Below are positions 1 to 12,081 of a stretch of 64,000 bases of DNA, piece after piece (position 1 is the first letter of the stretch; the number at the start of each line of letters is the position of its first letter). The position numbers and the translations under genes are program-made. The notes under the pieces were generated by a model, which saw nothing but the letters and a program-made list of their open reading frames with translations, was not told the DNA's origin and made no database searches. The DNA comes from Octopus sinensis (taxonomy: Eukaryota), in assembly GCF_006345805.1 (NCBI RefSeq), contig NC_043015.1, positions 28,272,001-28,336,000 on the forward strand, written 5' to 3'.

Positions 1-86
1 TACACAAGAATATATTAATGTGTGTGTATGTATATATATATATATATATTTACATACACACACACAAGAATATATTATTGTGTGTG

Positions 87-118
<32 letters not shown>

Positions 119-130
119 AGAATATATTAA

Positions 131-182
<52 letters not shown>

Positions 183-260
183 CATACAAATACATACCAG
201 CAAGAATATATTAATGTGTGTGATGTATATATATATATATGTATGTATGTATAACATATC
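1..260. repeat. Minisatellite: constant core (caagaatatatta-atgtg) separated by variable (TG)n/(TA)n tracts, about 4 units
   Basis: caagaatatatta recurs near 5, 65, 118 and 202 with microsatellite spacers. Confidence 0.85.
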
Positions 261-974
261 ATCCACACAAATATGTAGTACACACATTTCTTATACACAC
301 CATCATCTCATCTATCTTCTTTCCTCCCATTAATGATAAACAACCAATTTTCACACCCCACCCATCCGCCCATATATCCACCCATCCATCCATCCATCCA
401 CCCACCCACCCATCCATCTCTTCCTCTCTATATTTCCTCCTTCACATTCTTCGATCTAGCCTCCTCTTCTCTCCCCTGCCCCCACCCCCAGGTATTCTCC
501 CTTGCCCCACCCTCATCCCACCCTTCCACCATCCCCGTTTCAGCTATACTGTTTGCTATTCACCATTTCCTCTTTCTCACCATCTCTTCCGATGCATCAC
601 ACCACAGAGGTTCCATCTGGCCAGTTCGCCGTCTTCAGACACAGAATCTAAACTGGGTTTTTTCTCGTTCCTGCCTTCTTTTCTCCCCCCCTATTTTTAG
701 CATTTCCATTACTTATTTCCTCTCCAGCTCACTTCCACCACCCCGTCACTTCCTCCCTATTTACCATCTATTTTTCTTCACCTCTCTCTCTCTCACATAT
801 TCATACATACACCTGTGTACATATGAGTGTGTATATGTATATATATATTCTTTATTCTTTTATTTATTTTAGTCATTTAACCGTGGCCATGCTAGAGCAC
901 TACCTTAAAGGGTTTTAGTCAAACAAATCGATCCCAGGACATAGTCTTTGTAAGCCTAGTACTTATTCTTATTT

Positions 975-1378
975 CTTTGCTGCCCACAAGGGGCTAAACA
1001 CAGGGGACAGACAAACGGATTAAGTCAGTTATATCGACCCTAGTGCGTAACTGGTACTTATTTAATCGACCCCGAAAGGATGAAAAGCAAAGTCGACCTC
1101 GGCGGAATTTGAACTCAGAACGTAACGGCATACGAAATACCTATTTCTTTACTACCCACAAGGGGCTAAACACAGAGGGGACAAACAAGGACAGACAAAT
1201 GGATTAAGTCGGTTATATCGACCCCAGTGCATAACTGGTACTTATTTAATCGACCCCGAAAGGATGAAAGGCAAAGTTGACCTCGGTGGAATTTGAACTC
1301 AGAACGTAGCAGCAGACGAAATACCGCTAAGCATTTCGCCCAGCATGCTAACGTTTCTGCCAGCTCACCGCCTCCAAC
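975..1378 (-). mobile_element. SINE-B (tRNA-headed SINE) with internal tandem duplication
   Basis: Reverse complement begins ggcggtgagctggcagaaacgttagc, has the B-box-like gagttcaaattcc, and two copies of the gtcgactttgc..cctttcggggtcgat body. Confidence 0.85.
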
Positions 1379-1739
1379 CAGCAGAAGTTTCTGGACCATC
1401 TGACAGAGATTTTACAATGCAAAACGGATTGGGAATTGCAGACAAAGAATTATAATTCAAAACATTGAATATGTGGAAAACAGAAACTCTGTATTGGTTA
1501 TAGTCGGAACCTAAAAGAGTTAACTTAAAAGCCTTCTAGATCACCACTAGTAGACAATAGGTAACACAGACTGATTTACTGTTAATGGTCCATATATTAC
1601 AGAAACTACTACCAAGGTATAGTCTTGATTTCGACTAGAAGAGGGGTTTTCAGTTATTAAAATGGATCCATTATTATTAACCATCTAATTTATGAAAAAC
1701 ACCAAAAAATAAATGTTAAAATTATACTAGTGAGCAGAG

Positions 1740-2060
1740 CGGCTAACTGGCTTCCATGCCGGTGACACGTAAAAGGCACCATTCGAGCGTGATCGTTACC
1801 AGCGTCGCTTCACTGGCACTTGTGCCGATGGCACATGAAAAAACATTCGAGCAAGGTCGTTGCCAGTATCGCCTCACATAAAAGCACCCACTACACTCTT
1901 GGAGTGGTTGGTGTTAGGAAGGGCATCCAGCAGTAGAAACTCTGCCAGATCAAGATTGGAGCCTGGTCCAACCATCTGGTTCGTCAACCCTCACTAAAAT
2001 CATCCAACCCATGCTAGCATGGAAAGCGGACGTTAAACAATGATGATGATGATGATGATA
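1740..2060 (+). mobile_element. Family C (GAT)n-tailed retroposon, 3' part
   Basis: ttggtgttaggaagggcatccagc...ccaacccatgctagcatggaaagcggacgttaaacaatgatgatgatg, shared with more than 10 other loci in the window. Confidence 0.85.
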
Positions 2061-2570
2061 AGCTGTTAGGGGTTCATCTGAGTCAGTTGAATAACCCTTG
2101 GCTATGAAGTGGGGGTTAATATAGCCAATTCTAAGCATAACATTAAAATATCTAATAAAGACTGTTGTTCAGTCTACTCCCTGTGTATGCTAAAAGCTAA
2201 TCAGAGAATTGAGAAGCTCACTAAGATGAAAGAAAGAAATTAAAAAGAAAAAAAACAAACTTTAAATATGCAGCACAAGGTCGGAGCTCTGAAAGCTAAT
2301 ACTAGCAGAAAACAATTATGAAAATATCACTGGACTTTAAATGTCATATATGGTGACAATGTGACAAGAAAATTAACTATTTACTTGAAAGGTGTGTCGT
2401 ACTAATAATCACTGAATACCTACACACAAGGAGTTAGAGCTCATAACAGCTTGTACTGGATAATATTCATGTACTACTTGATCATCTCAAACAATAAAGG
2501 ACAAAGCAATTCACCCACTGAGAGTTTTTTTTTGTTTTTCGTTTTTAAATCCTTTAGCATTCAGATTAAT

Positions 2571-2976
2571 CTCTTTTACTCTTTTACTTGTTTCAGTCAT
2601 TTGACTGCGGCCATGCTGGAGCACCGCCTTTAGTCGAGCAAATCGACCCCAGGACTTGTTCTTTGTAAGCCTAGTACTTATTCTATCGGATCTCTTTTGC
2701 CGAACCGCTAAGTTACGGGGACGTAAACACACCAGCATCTGTTGTCAAGCGATGTTGGGGGACAAACACACACACAAACATGCATACACATATATATATA
2801 TATATACATATATACGACGGGCTTCTTTTCAGTTTCCGTCTACCAAATCCACTCACAAGGCTTTGGTCGCCCCGAGGCTATAGTAGAAGACACTTGCCCA
2901 AGGTGCCACGCAGTGGGACTGAACCCAGAACCATGTAGTTGGCAAGCAAGCTACTTACCACACAGCCACTCCTGCC
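2571..2976 (-). mobile_element. SINE-A, full length (subfamily 1)
   Basis: tRNA-like head (A-box tggctgtgtgg, B-box ggttcagtcc), central (TA/TG)n, aaagagtaaaagag tail. Confidence 0.92.
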
Positions 2977-3186
2977 ACTCTGTTGAATGTAATACACAGT
3001 CATTCACAATGATTTGAATTAATCATACATTATCTTGTAGCTTTGAGATTTCAATGGTGTGATTGCTTATGTTTTGAATGACATTGTTAGATAGGTGTGA
3101 GAGGTCAGATGTGGCTTGCTTGAACATAAAATAGAAAACATTCTGGGAAAGATTTGTATAAAGGACACACACGCAGACATTTTGCC

Positions 3187-3238
<52 letters not shown>

Positions 3239-3885
3239 ACACGTAAAATAAAACTTCTCTTAAGTAAGCTAAAACTCACACTGATTCTTAAAGCAATCAC
3301 CTCATTAAAGTTATGAACATACTAACCTGTTATCTCAGCCACCTACTCTGAAGATATATAACAAAGTACAACACTGAGGAAGGGGAGAGAATTGTCCAAA
3401 GGCAAATAATTTTCTTCAACAGACCACTGATAAATAAATGATAGATCTCAACTTGCTTTAAAATAGTAGATAAAACTCTCACAAATCACATCCTACAGTC
3501 ATTAATAAAGGCTTTATTGAACAAATAACGTGAATACACAACAACAAAAATTTACTTTGAGCCAATATACATAACCCAGGAGAGAGACAGAGAGAGATAG
3601 CAAACCTTTATGACCATAAACCATCTATTATCCTGTCTATAACAGCTTCACTTGCATCAACAATAATCATTGTGTTAAAATGCTAACACAGACATTTATT
3701 ATATATAAAAATGATAATATGCTAGACTTGCATCTAGCAGCTGAATAGTCTAGCCACAGTTGTGACCATCCACTAAGAGAAATTTGAGTCATGTTTTGAT
3801 ATGATAAACATTTTTCCACTTGAAGTATTTAAATTCCGTATCAGATAATGTTTGCATCATGTGTAACATATACAAATAAATATTC

Positions 3886-4114
3886 TTTACTCTCTTTTAC
3901 TCTTTTACTTGTTTCGGTCATTTGACTGCGGCCATGCTGGAGCACCGCCTTTAGTCGAGCAAAGCGACCCCGGGACTTATTCTTTGTAAGCCCAGTACTT
4001 ATTCTATAGGTCTCCTTTGCCAAACCGCTAAGTCACGGGGACATAAACACACCAGCATCGGTTGTCAAGCAATGCTAGGGGGACAAACACAGACACAAAT
4101 ATATACATACACAA

Positions 4115-4147
<33 letters not shown>

Positions 4148-4310
4148 CGACAGGCTTCTTTCAGTTTCCGTCTACCAAATCCACTCACAAGGCTTTGGTC
4201 GGCTTGAGGCTATAGTAGAAGACACTTGCCCAAGATGCCACGCAGTGGGACTGAACCCGGAACCATGTGGTTGGTTAGCAAGCTACTTACCACACAGCCA
4301 CTCCTGCGCC
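3886..4310 (-). mobile_element. SINE-A, full length (mosaic of subfamily diagnostics)
   Basis: Same architecture as 2571-2976. Confidence 0.92.
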
Positions 4311-4554
4311 CTTTCAGAATTTTTCAACTTAGGATTTATATATCATAAGTTAATCCCATGAATAAAATCTGAAAATTGAATGCATAGAATCAAGTCTTTG
4401 AGCTTAAATATACCAAAACGATACTAATTTAGGAGCGCACAGTTGATGAAAAGCATGTCTAATTATCCATTTCCATTAATTGCCTTCCATGCTGTCTCAC
4501 TTTGATTATGTATGTATGTATACACAGATATATTTGTTAATGCATACATACACA

Positions 4555-4588
<34 letters not shown>

Positions 4589-4618
4589 AAATGAGAAAAT
4601 GGAGAAACATACTTATGC

Positions 4619-4650
<32 letters not shown>

Positions 4651-4698
4651 GCATATGTATATATATATGTATGCATATGTGTATATATATATGTATGC

Positions 4699-4737
<39 letters not shown>

Positions 4738-4769
4738 TATGTATATATATATATGTATATATATATATA

Positions 4770-4958
4770 GATCGTTAGCTCCTACACGCATTTTTTTCTC
4801 TCCTTGTTTTTTTCTGTGTATCTTTCTTTTGAAGAGCGTAGGCTTGAAATGTAAAAGACTTGTTCTATTTCTATTCCTGAGTGCCATACTAATACATTTG
4901 TTGGTTTGTACTCCACCTGCCTTCGTCTTTTGTTTATTTTCGTAAACTTTCCCGTTAT
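4770..4958 (+). mobile_element. Penelope-like pLTR fragment with decayed hammerhead motif (same family as 24510-24660)
   Basis: tcttt-cttttga-a-gagc-gtag-gctt-gaaa-t-gta-aaaga at 4821-4858; flanked by (TA)n on both sides. Confidence 0.6.
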
Positions 4959-4966
4959 ATATATAT

Positions 4967-5092
<126 letters not shown>

Positions 5093-5634
5093 TAATCCAA
5101 ACAAGAAAGCACAAAAAAACACAACACGAGGACGTATATGTATATATATATATATATACACATACACATTCATATATGTATTTGTTCTCACACAAACACA
5201 TTCATACAAGAATATATTTATGCATGGCATTTAAAGATTCTCATTTGTATAACTTTTTCCACAGAGGATTACAAATCATGGCCAGAGATCTTCACTGTGA
5301 CTTTTAAAAGGCAGCAAGACCCATTTTCTCTTTAACATACTAGTTAAGCCATCTGCAAAAGACTACAGCCAAAATGAAATAACCTCCACCAATTCGGAAC
5401 CAATTCATTGATCCAGTAACTAGAGATCACACACACACACACACAATGGTAAAAATGCAACCTAAACAGTGGAGCTCGTGATGTATGCAGAAACAACACA
5501 AAAGACAGAGTATTCAATTCTAGCGCCCTAGGATAGCCATGAATGTGATGGCTAAAACAAATTAACCCTTTCGTTATATTTCTGTTGGAACACACTGGCT
5601 TGGTTTCAATAATTTTTAAAATAACGAAAAATTT

Positions 5635-5760
5635 ACATTATTTACAATTAACGGATATTTGTCCTCATCTTGTTTGTTGTTAACACAATGTTTTGACTGA
5701 TATACCCTCCAGCCTTCATCAGGTGTCTTGGGGAAATTTCAAACCTGGTTTCTCATTCCT
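5635..5760 (-). mobile_element. Penelope-like arm (inverted partner of 6083-6205) with decayed hammerhead
   Basis: Minus strand reads gacac-CTGATGA-aggctggagggtatatcagtc-aaaa-c-att-gtgtt and matches 6083-6170. Confidence 0.65.
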
Positions 5761-5990
5761 CGAGCTGGCAGACACGTTAGCGCACCGGTCGAAATACTTA
5801 GTGGTATTTCGTCTGTCTTTACGTTCTGAGTTCAATTTCTGCCGAAGTTGACTTTGCCTTTCATCCTTTCAGGGTCAATTAAATAAGTACCAGTTACGCA
5901 CTGGAGTCGATGTAATCGACTTAACCCGTTTGTCTATCCTTGTTTGTCCTCTGTGTTTAGCCCCTTGTAGGTAGTAAAGAAATAGGTATT
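5761..5990 (+). mobile_element. SINE-B
   Basis: cgagctggcagacacgttagc...gtagtaaagaaatagg. Confidence 0.85.
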
Positions 5991-5994
5991 TTTC

Positions 5995-6082
5995 GATGTT
6001 GTTGTTGTTATTATTATTATTATTCAGGTCACTGCCTGGAATCGAACTCGGAATCTTGGGGTTAGTAGCCCGTGCTCTTAAC
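5995..6082 (-). mobile_element. Short tRNA-derived SINE-like element with (AAT)n tail
   Basis: Minus strand ggttaagagcacgggctactaaccccaagattccgagttcgattccaggcagtgacctgaataataat; tRNA-like B-box GAGTTCGATTCC. Confidence 0.6.
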
Positions 6083-6205
6083 CTGATGAAGGCTGGAGGG
6101 CATATCAGCTGAAACGTTGTGCTAACAACAAACAAGATGAGGACAAATATCCGTCAATTGTAAATAATGTACATAATTCCTCATCTCTTAAATATAGAAC
6201 TGTAT
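6083..6205 (+). ncRNA. Penelope-like arm with minimal type I hammerhead motif (5' strand of stem I removed by an insertion)
   Basis: CTGATGA-a-ggctg-gagggcatat-cagct-GAAA-c-gtt-gtgct. Confidence 0.55.
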
Positions 6206-7096
6206 GAAGAATTTTGTTAAATAATTATTATGACTAAGCTGATGTTTGGAACATAAAATTTTGATAGGATTCAATTTAGATCCCTTTGACACTGGGAGTT
6301 TGTATCATAGATCCGGGAGCATCTTCAGGCAAGTTGGTACCAAAAGGGTTAGAGAACAAACACATACAGTTATAGGTACACATATGCACACATACATTAC
6401 ACCCAAGAATAGAAGGTGAGCTGTCTAGAAACAGCTAAACCATCAGTACATTAGTCTACAAGAATATTTCAGTAGCAATGGACCATAAGTAATTATTTAG
6501 CTGGAAACATTAAAGCAATCATGTCACATGCTATTTGAAATACGGCTGAGGGAACAAATAAATAGCAAAGAGTTTGGCATACTTCCGCTGTCACTTGAAC
6601 TTTCTAAACCTATTAACAACCATCTCTAGTCGCGGCGAGTCTTCTCCTTTGCCGTGAAGAAGGAAAGCAAGTTTGACCGTTGATATTTTATTCAAGACCA
6701 CGGTGTTTTCGTTATAATTGAACGTGACTTCTTGAGTGGATGCCAAAGTCACTCACCATTGCTAATAAGTGGTTTCTGTTGATATCTTAAATAAGCATTG
6801 CAAGGAAGTCACATGTGGTGTGCATGAAAGCAGATAAGATGCCTACATTTGTCGTTGTGTTACGCTTCACCTTTGTGTATTGTCTGACTTCGTCGTGTTC
6901 GGAATCTCAATAAATCATGAAGTTTAAGAATATTGTAAAACATCATTGTAAAGTTCAAAGACTTCTGGTTAATACGGTAGTTCGCAATTGGGGTCCTAAT
7001 GACCCTTAGGGGTCCATAAAATTTTGTTATTAAAATTCATGTGCAATAAATCGGTTATAATTCTACAATACACAAAATACTTTAACAGTTTTATTA

Positions 7097-7262
7097 GGCG
7101 TAGGAGTGGCAGTGTGGTAAGTAGCTTGCTTACGAACCACATGGTTCCGGGTTCAGTACCACTGCGTGGCGCCTTGAATAAGTGTCTTCTACTATAGCCT
7201 CGGGCCGACCAAAGCCTTGTGAGTAGATTTGTTAGACGGAAACTGAAGGAAGCCCGTCGTAT
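7097..7262 (+). mobile_element. SINE-A 5' half
   Basis: ggcgtaggagtggcagtgtggtaag...gaagcccgtcgtat. Confidence 0.9.
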
Positions 7263-7646
7263 GACTGCAGCCATGCTGGAGCATCACCTTTAGTCGAGCA
7301 AATCGACCCCAGGATTTATTCTTTGTAAGCTTAGTACTTATTCTATCGGTTCTCTTTTGCCGAACCGCTAGGTGACGGGGACGTAAACACACCAGCATCA
7401 GTTGTCAAGTGATGTTGGGGGGACAAACACAGACACACAAACATATACACACAAATACATATATTTATATACATATATACGACGAGCTTCTTTCAGTTTC
7501 TGTCTACCAAATCCACTCACAAGGCTTTGGTCAGCCCAAGGCTATAGTAGAAGACATTTGCCCAAGGTCCCATACAGTGGGACTGAACCCGCCCGAAACC
7601 ATGTGGTTGGCAAGCAAGCTACTTACCACACAGCCACTCCTACGCC
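7263..7646 (-). mobile_element. SINE-A, near full length, fused in inverted orientation to the preceding copy
   Basis: Lacks only the extreme 3' tail; directly abuts 7097-7262. Confidence 0.9.
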
Positions 7647-7916
7647 TTTACCATTTAAACCTGAATTATCCGACCCAAATATTCTACCTGTTTTATGTTC
7701 AAACCAGCCAGATCAGGCCTTTCATACCTACCTAACAATGTCATTCAAAACATAAGTAATCACACCATTGACGTTTCATAACCACAAGATAATGCACAAT
7801 TAATTTGAAACAATGCACGTGAAAAAACATCCAGCGAGGTCGTTGCCAGTGCCGCTGGACTGGCTCCTGTGCAGGTGGCACATAAAAAGCACCATTTGAG
7901 CATGGCCATTGCTAGT

Positions 7917-8148
7917 ACTTATTTCTTTACTACCCACAAGGGGCTACACACAGAGGGGACAAACAAGGATAGACAACCGGATTAAGTCGATTATATCAAC
8001 CCCAGTGCGTAACTTGTACTTAATTTATCGACCCTGAAAGGATGAAAGGCTAAGTCGACCTTGGCGGAATTTGAACACAGAACGTAACGGCAGACGAAAT
8101 ACCTCAACGCATTTCGCCTGGCGTATTAACGATTCTGCCAGCTCGCCG
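7917..8148 (-). mobile_element. SINE-B inserted into a family C element
   Basis: SINE-B consensus; family C sequence on both sides (7830-7916, 8150-8372). Confidence 0.8.
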
Positions 8149-8149
8149 T

Positions 8150-8372
8150 TGCTAGTACCACCTGACTGGCCCTCATGCCAGTGGCATGTAAAAAGCACCC
8201 ACTACACTCTCGGAGTGGTTGGCATTAGGAAGAAGGGCATCCAGCTGTAGAAACTCTGCCAGATCAAGATTGGAGCCTGGTGCAGCCATCTGGTTCGCCA
8301 GTCCTCAGTCAAAATCGTCCAACCCATGCTAGCATGAAAAGCAAATGTTAAACGATGATGATGATGATGAAA
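8150..8372 (+). mobile_element. Family C retroposon 3' end
   Basis: gggcatccagctgtagaaac...gttaaacgatgatgatgatgatga. Confidence 0.85.
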
Positions 8373-8428
8373 AACGTGAATAAATCAGCATTACATTTAA
8401 AAGAGTAATCTGAATGTTAAAGGTTTAA

Positions 8429-8642
8429 CCCTTTCATTACCAACCCTGCTGAAAATGGCTCTGAGTACAAATGTCTAGTTTCCATAAGTTTTGAACTAAA
8501 ATCTTCCACCAAACCTTAGACACAATTTATGTTTCTAACACTAGCTGAATGATAACTAAGTTATTTTACTAAACTCTTTGTTCTATTTCAAGTAAATGAA
8601 AAAAACACAGAGCATCTCAAAATAAATACAGTAACGAAAGGG
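8429..8642. mobile_element. piggyBac-like MITE
   Basis: TTAA|CCCTTTC...GAAAGGG|TTAA: CCC/GGG termini, TIR about 14 bp, TTAA target duplication. Confidence 0.8.
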
Positions 8643-9049
8643 TTAAAGAGCAATGGCTGGTAGAAACAAACCACTTCACCTATCTACGCAGACATGACTG
8701 AGCGATTAAAAAAGTTTGCTTCACAAGCACGAGGTCCCAGGTTCAATATCACTGCATGGCATCTTGGTTAAAGTGCATTTGCAATAACCTGAGATTGACC
8801 CAAACCTTGTCAGAGAAATTGGATGGACAGAAACTGCATAATAGCTTGTTTGATGGACCATAACTGTAATTAAAAAAGGTCAAAGCTTGTCATGTCTGAC
8901 TCACAGATACCCGATTCCAGTTTAGAATTACATTAAGGGTGTACATCCTTGGAATTCTCAACCATTATGCATACTAATCCAATGAGTAGGAAGTCCAGTT
9001 GATTGAACAACTAACTGGATATTCATACATCGAGATCAATGTGAGTGCC

Positions 9050-9262
9050 CATCATATATATATACCGTTAGCGATTTTTCTTCCGTCTTCCCTTCTCTGG
9101 ATCTTTCCTTCTCCTATGTTTCCGACGAAGAGCTCTGCTCGAAATGTTAAACCCTCCTTCTTTCCTTCTTTCCTGAGCGTCCAATAATACTATATTTGTT
9201 CCACGTCCTCGCGTTGTTGTGTTTTCTCTTTGTGTTTTCATGTTTGGATTAACTTTATATAT
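9050..9262 (+). mobile_element. Penelope-like pLTR fragment with variant hammerhead motif
   Basis: gttt-ccgacga-a-gagc-tct-gctc-GAAA-t-gtt-aaac at 9118-9152; (TA)n on both flanks; 3' end shared with 5085-5150 (minus strand). Confidence 0.55.
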
Positions 9263-9271
9263 ATATATATA

Positions 9272-9440
9272 GGCATAGGAGTGGCTGTGTAGTAAGTAGC
9301 TTGCTTACCAACCACATGGTTCCGGGTTCAGTCCCACTGCATGGCACCTTGGGCAAGTGTCTTCTACTATAGCCTCGGGCTGACCAAAGGCTTGTGAGTG
9401 GATTTGGTGGACGGAAAATGAAAGAAGCCCGTCATATATA
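9272..9440 (+). mobile_element. SINE-A 5' half
   Basis: SINE-A head and body. Confidence 0.9.
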
Positions 9441-9444
9441 CAGG

Positions 9445-9830
9445 AGGACGGCGAACGCTGAGCTAAGGCATGTGCCTTGAAGTTGAGACGCTTTTGGAAA
9501 ACAACTCGGGTCCAGCTACGGTTCCGGCTTCGAGGCGTTTCAGTTTCTCTCTACCAAATCCACCCACAAGGCTTTGGTTGGCCTAAAGCTCTATCTGCGA
9601 CAATTTCATCTCAATCGAAGGAGAGGGGCTTTCTCCGTCCGGGTTGCGGATCCGTGGAATAAGCTGCCGGACGAGATGGTGAAGATGCCGACGACCGCTC
9701 GGTTCAAAGTCTCCCTTGACCACAAGTGGCCTGAACTCTTTACATGAACACCACCCTGTACATAACTCCATGTCCCCCTACATGGCCTTGCTTTTTGAGC
9801 CAAAAAATTAACTAACTAACTAACTACAGT
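9445..9830 (+). mobile_element. CR1/L2-clade LINE 3' end, interrupted by a SINE-A fragment at about 9538-9590
   Basis: 9592-9747 reads YLRQFHLNRRRGAFSVRVADPWNKLPDEMVKMPTTARFKVSLDHKWPELFT*, matching the CR1 ORF2 C-terminal FS.RV...WN.LP...FK..LD motif; (TAAC)n tail. Confidence 0.8.
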
Positions 9831-10851
9831 AGAAGATGCTCAAAGTGTGGCAGGACTGAACCCAGAACCATGTGGTTGGGAAGCAAGTTTCTTACTTTAC
9901 ACACACACACACACACAATGTATGGGTGAATTACAAAAGAGTAAGTTAATTTGATTATATCCTTTTCCATTTTTTTTAATATAGATTCATAATAATAGAG
10001 GAATGTGTGTCTTGTCTCTAAAGAAAATAAATTATTTCAATATAAGCAGCTGAGATTGTTAGAGAGGTTATTTCAACCATATGTTTGACAAGCTAATTAT
10101 GATAAACAGACAAAGAGATGTTTGGTTGTCATAAGAACTGAATTCCAGAATAATGACTTTGGCTTAAAAGCCAAGATATTTTATGTGAACTATAAAAGAC
10201 AAAAAAAAACCTAACAAACAAACACATTGATTACAGACATGAGAAACAAAGAGAGAGAGAGGGAGAGCAAGACAGAGAGAGTAAGAGAGAGAGGAGAGAG
10301 AGAGTGGATAAGAAAAGAGATCTTGTGAAAAGGTTGGTGAATGTGATTAGAGGAAGAAGTGAAGAGGAGATACAGCCACAAACCTACGTCATCTACAGAA
10401 TAATTAGAATGAAAATCAGCAGCATGCTGCTTCATTCAAAAGAAGAATCTGAAGCAAATATAGCAGCAAAAGCACAGCTGTTCCCAAGAGGAATATGTGG
10501 AGTATATAAAATATATATATATATATATACACAAACACACATACACTGGTGTTCCCATGTGGCGCATGCTAAGGAAAGATAAATTCTCTGATGTTCCCAT
10601 ATGGGACATGTTGAGAATATATAGCATCGTCATTTTTACAGCCATTTTTCCATGCCTGCATGGGTTAGAGAGGTCTTCGCCAACACAGATTCTTGCCACT
10701 TGTTGCAGTAATTCATCATTATCATCATCATCATCGTCTTTGTGAGGTTCAACATCCTGAAATTAGTTTTCCCCACCTGGACTCATATTTTCATTGGTTT
10801 GGTTCTTCTGCAGGTGCAGATCCTTTCCACGTGGGTCTCTTGGGCAATTCT

Positions 10852-11288
10852 GAGTGGCTGTGTGGTAAGTAGCTTGCTTACCAACCACATGGTTTCGGGT
10901 TCAGTCCCACTGCGTGGCACCTTGGTCAAGTGTTTTCTGCTACAGCCTCGAACCGACCAAACCCTTGTGAGTGGATTTGGTAGATGGAAACTGAAAGAAG
11001 CCTGTCGTATATATGTATATATACATATGTATTTGTGTGTATCTGTGTTTGTCCCCCCCCCAATATATGTATTTGTGTGTATATGTTTGTGTGTCTGTGT
11101 TTGTCCCCCCAACATCACTTGACAACCGATGCTGGTGTGTTTACGTCCCCGTAACTTAGCAGTTCAGCAAAAGAGACCGATAGAATAACTACTAAGCTTA
11201 CCAACAATAAATCCTGGGGTCGATTTGCTCAACTAAAGGCGGGGCTCCGGCATGGCCACAGTCAAATGACTGAAACATGTAAAAGAGT
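10852..11288 (+). mobile_element. SINE-A with a small internal duplication
   Basis: SINE-A consensus; gtgtttgtcccccc occurs twice. Confidence 0.9.
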
Positions 11289-11745
11289 ACATTTTTATAA
11301 TTAAATATTATTAGAAATTTTTTAAAATTGTTAAAATATTTTATGTAGTGAAGAAGTATAACCAATTCATTGCACATAAATTGTAACAACAATAACTTAC
11401 ACAGATTTTCCCCAAGGGTTAAACGGACTGCAGCTGAGAACCACTGATCCATACTGTGTACATTGGGTATGCCATGTGGAATTCTTACCTACTCATTTTC
11501 TGCATATTAAACAAACATTGCCACTTTGCAGACGACACTACTGTCTTGTCTTCATTCCTGCTAACTAAAACATCTGTCTTTGCAGACTTCACATTTGGAA
11601 TCTATTTTCTGAATCACTGACCAATTTAGGTATGAGGATTCGGTCACTGACATACAAGAGTTCTCATGGACATCAGATCTTAAATTCTTGTGTTCATAAT
11701 CATTATCATTTTAATATCCACTTTTCCATACATGGAATTTGTTAA

Positions 11746-11965
11746 CCCTTTGGTGTTCAAATTTCTCTATTAAATATAATACTTTTTCACTGAAATTGTT
11801 TTGAATTAATCATGCATTATGTTATAGCTTTGAGGTTTCAATGATGTGATTGTTTATTTTTAGCATGACATTGTAGGTTAGGCGTGAGAGGTTAGATATG
11901 GCCAGTTTGAATATAAAACATTTAGAATATTTGGGCCGGATATGGCCAGTTTAAACACTAAAGGC
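11746..11965. mobile_element. Second, older piggyBac-like MITE family
   Basis: TTAA|ccctttggtgtt...aacactaaaggc|TTAA; related fragments near 3020-3180 and 7650-7800. Confidence 0.55.
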
Positions 11966-12081
11966 TTAAACCAAATATTTTCTATAGCCAGATGCCCTTC
12001 ATGTCACCAACCTTTACCCGTTTCCAAGGAAATATTTTCTCATAACCAGATCTGTTTTCACAGAAGATTGGAAACAAAATA

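Noticed and set aside
3327-3375. Minus-strand microexon with a GTTAGT donor
   Set aside because: Stop codons in all three frames for both possible acceptors
5995-6082. Possible tRNA gene
   Set aside because: Lacks the 5' acceptor strand and A-box start, and continues into an (AAT)n tail; better explained as a SINE head. The same applies to all SINE heads
11490-11620. HFADDTT (RT-like motif) on the plus strand
   Set aside because: Only the motif matches and the context is weak; may be an old LINE fossil but cannot be supported
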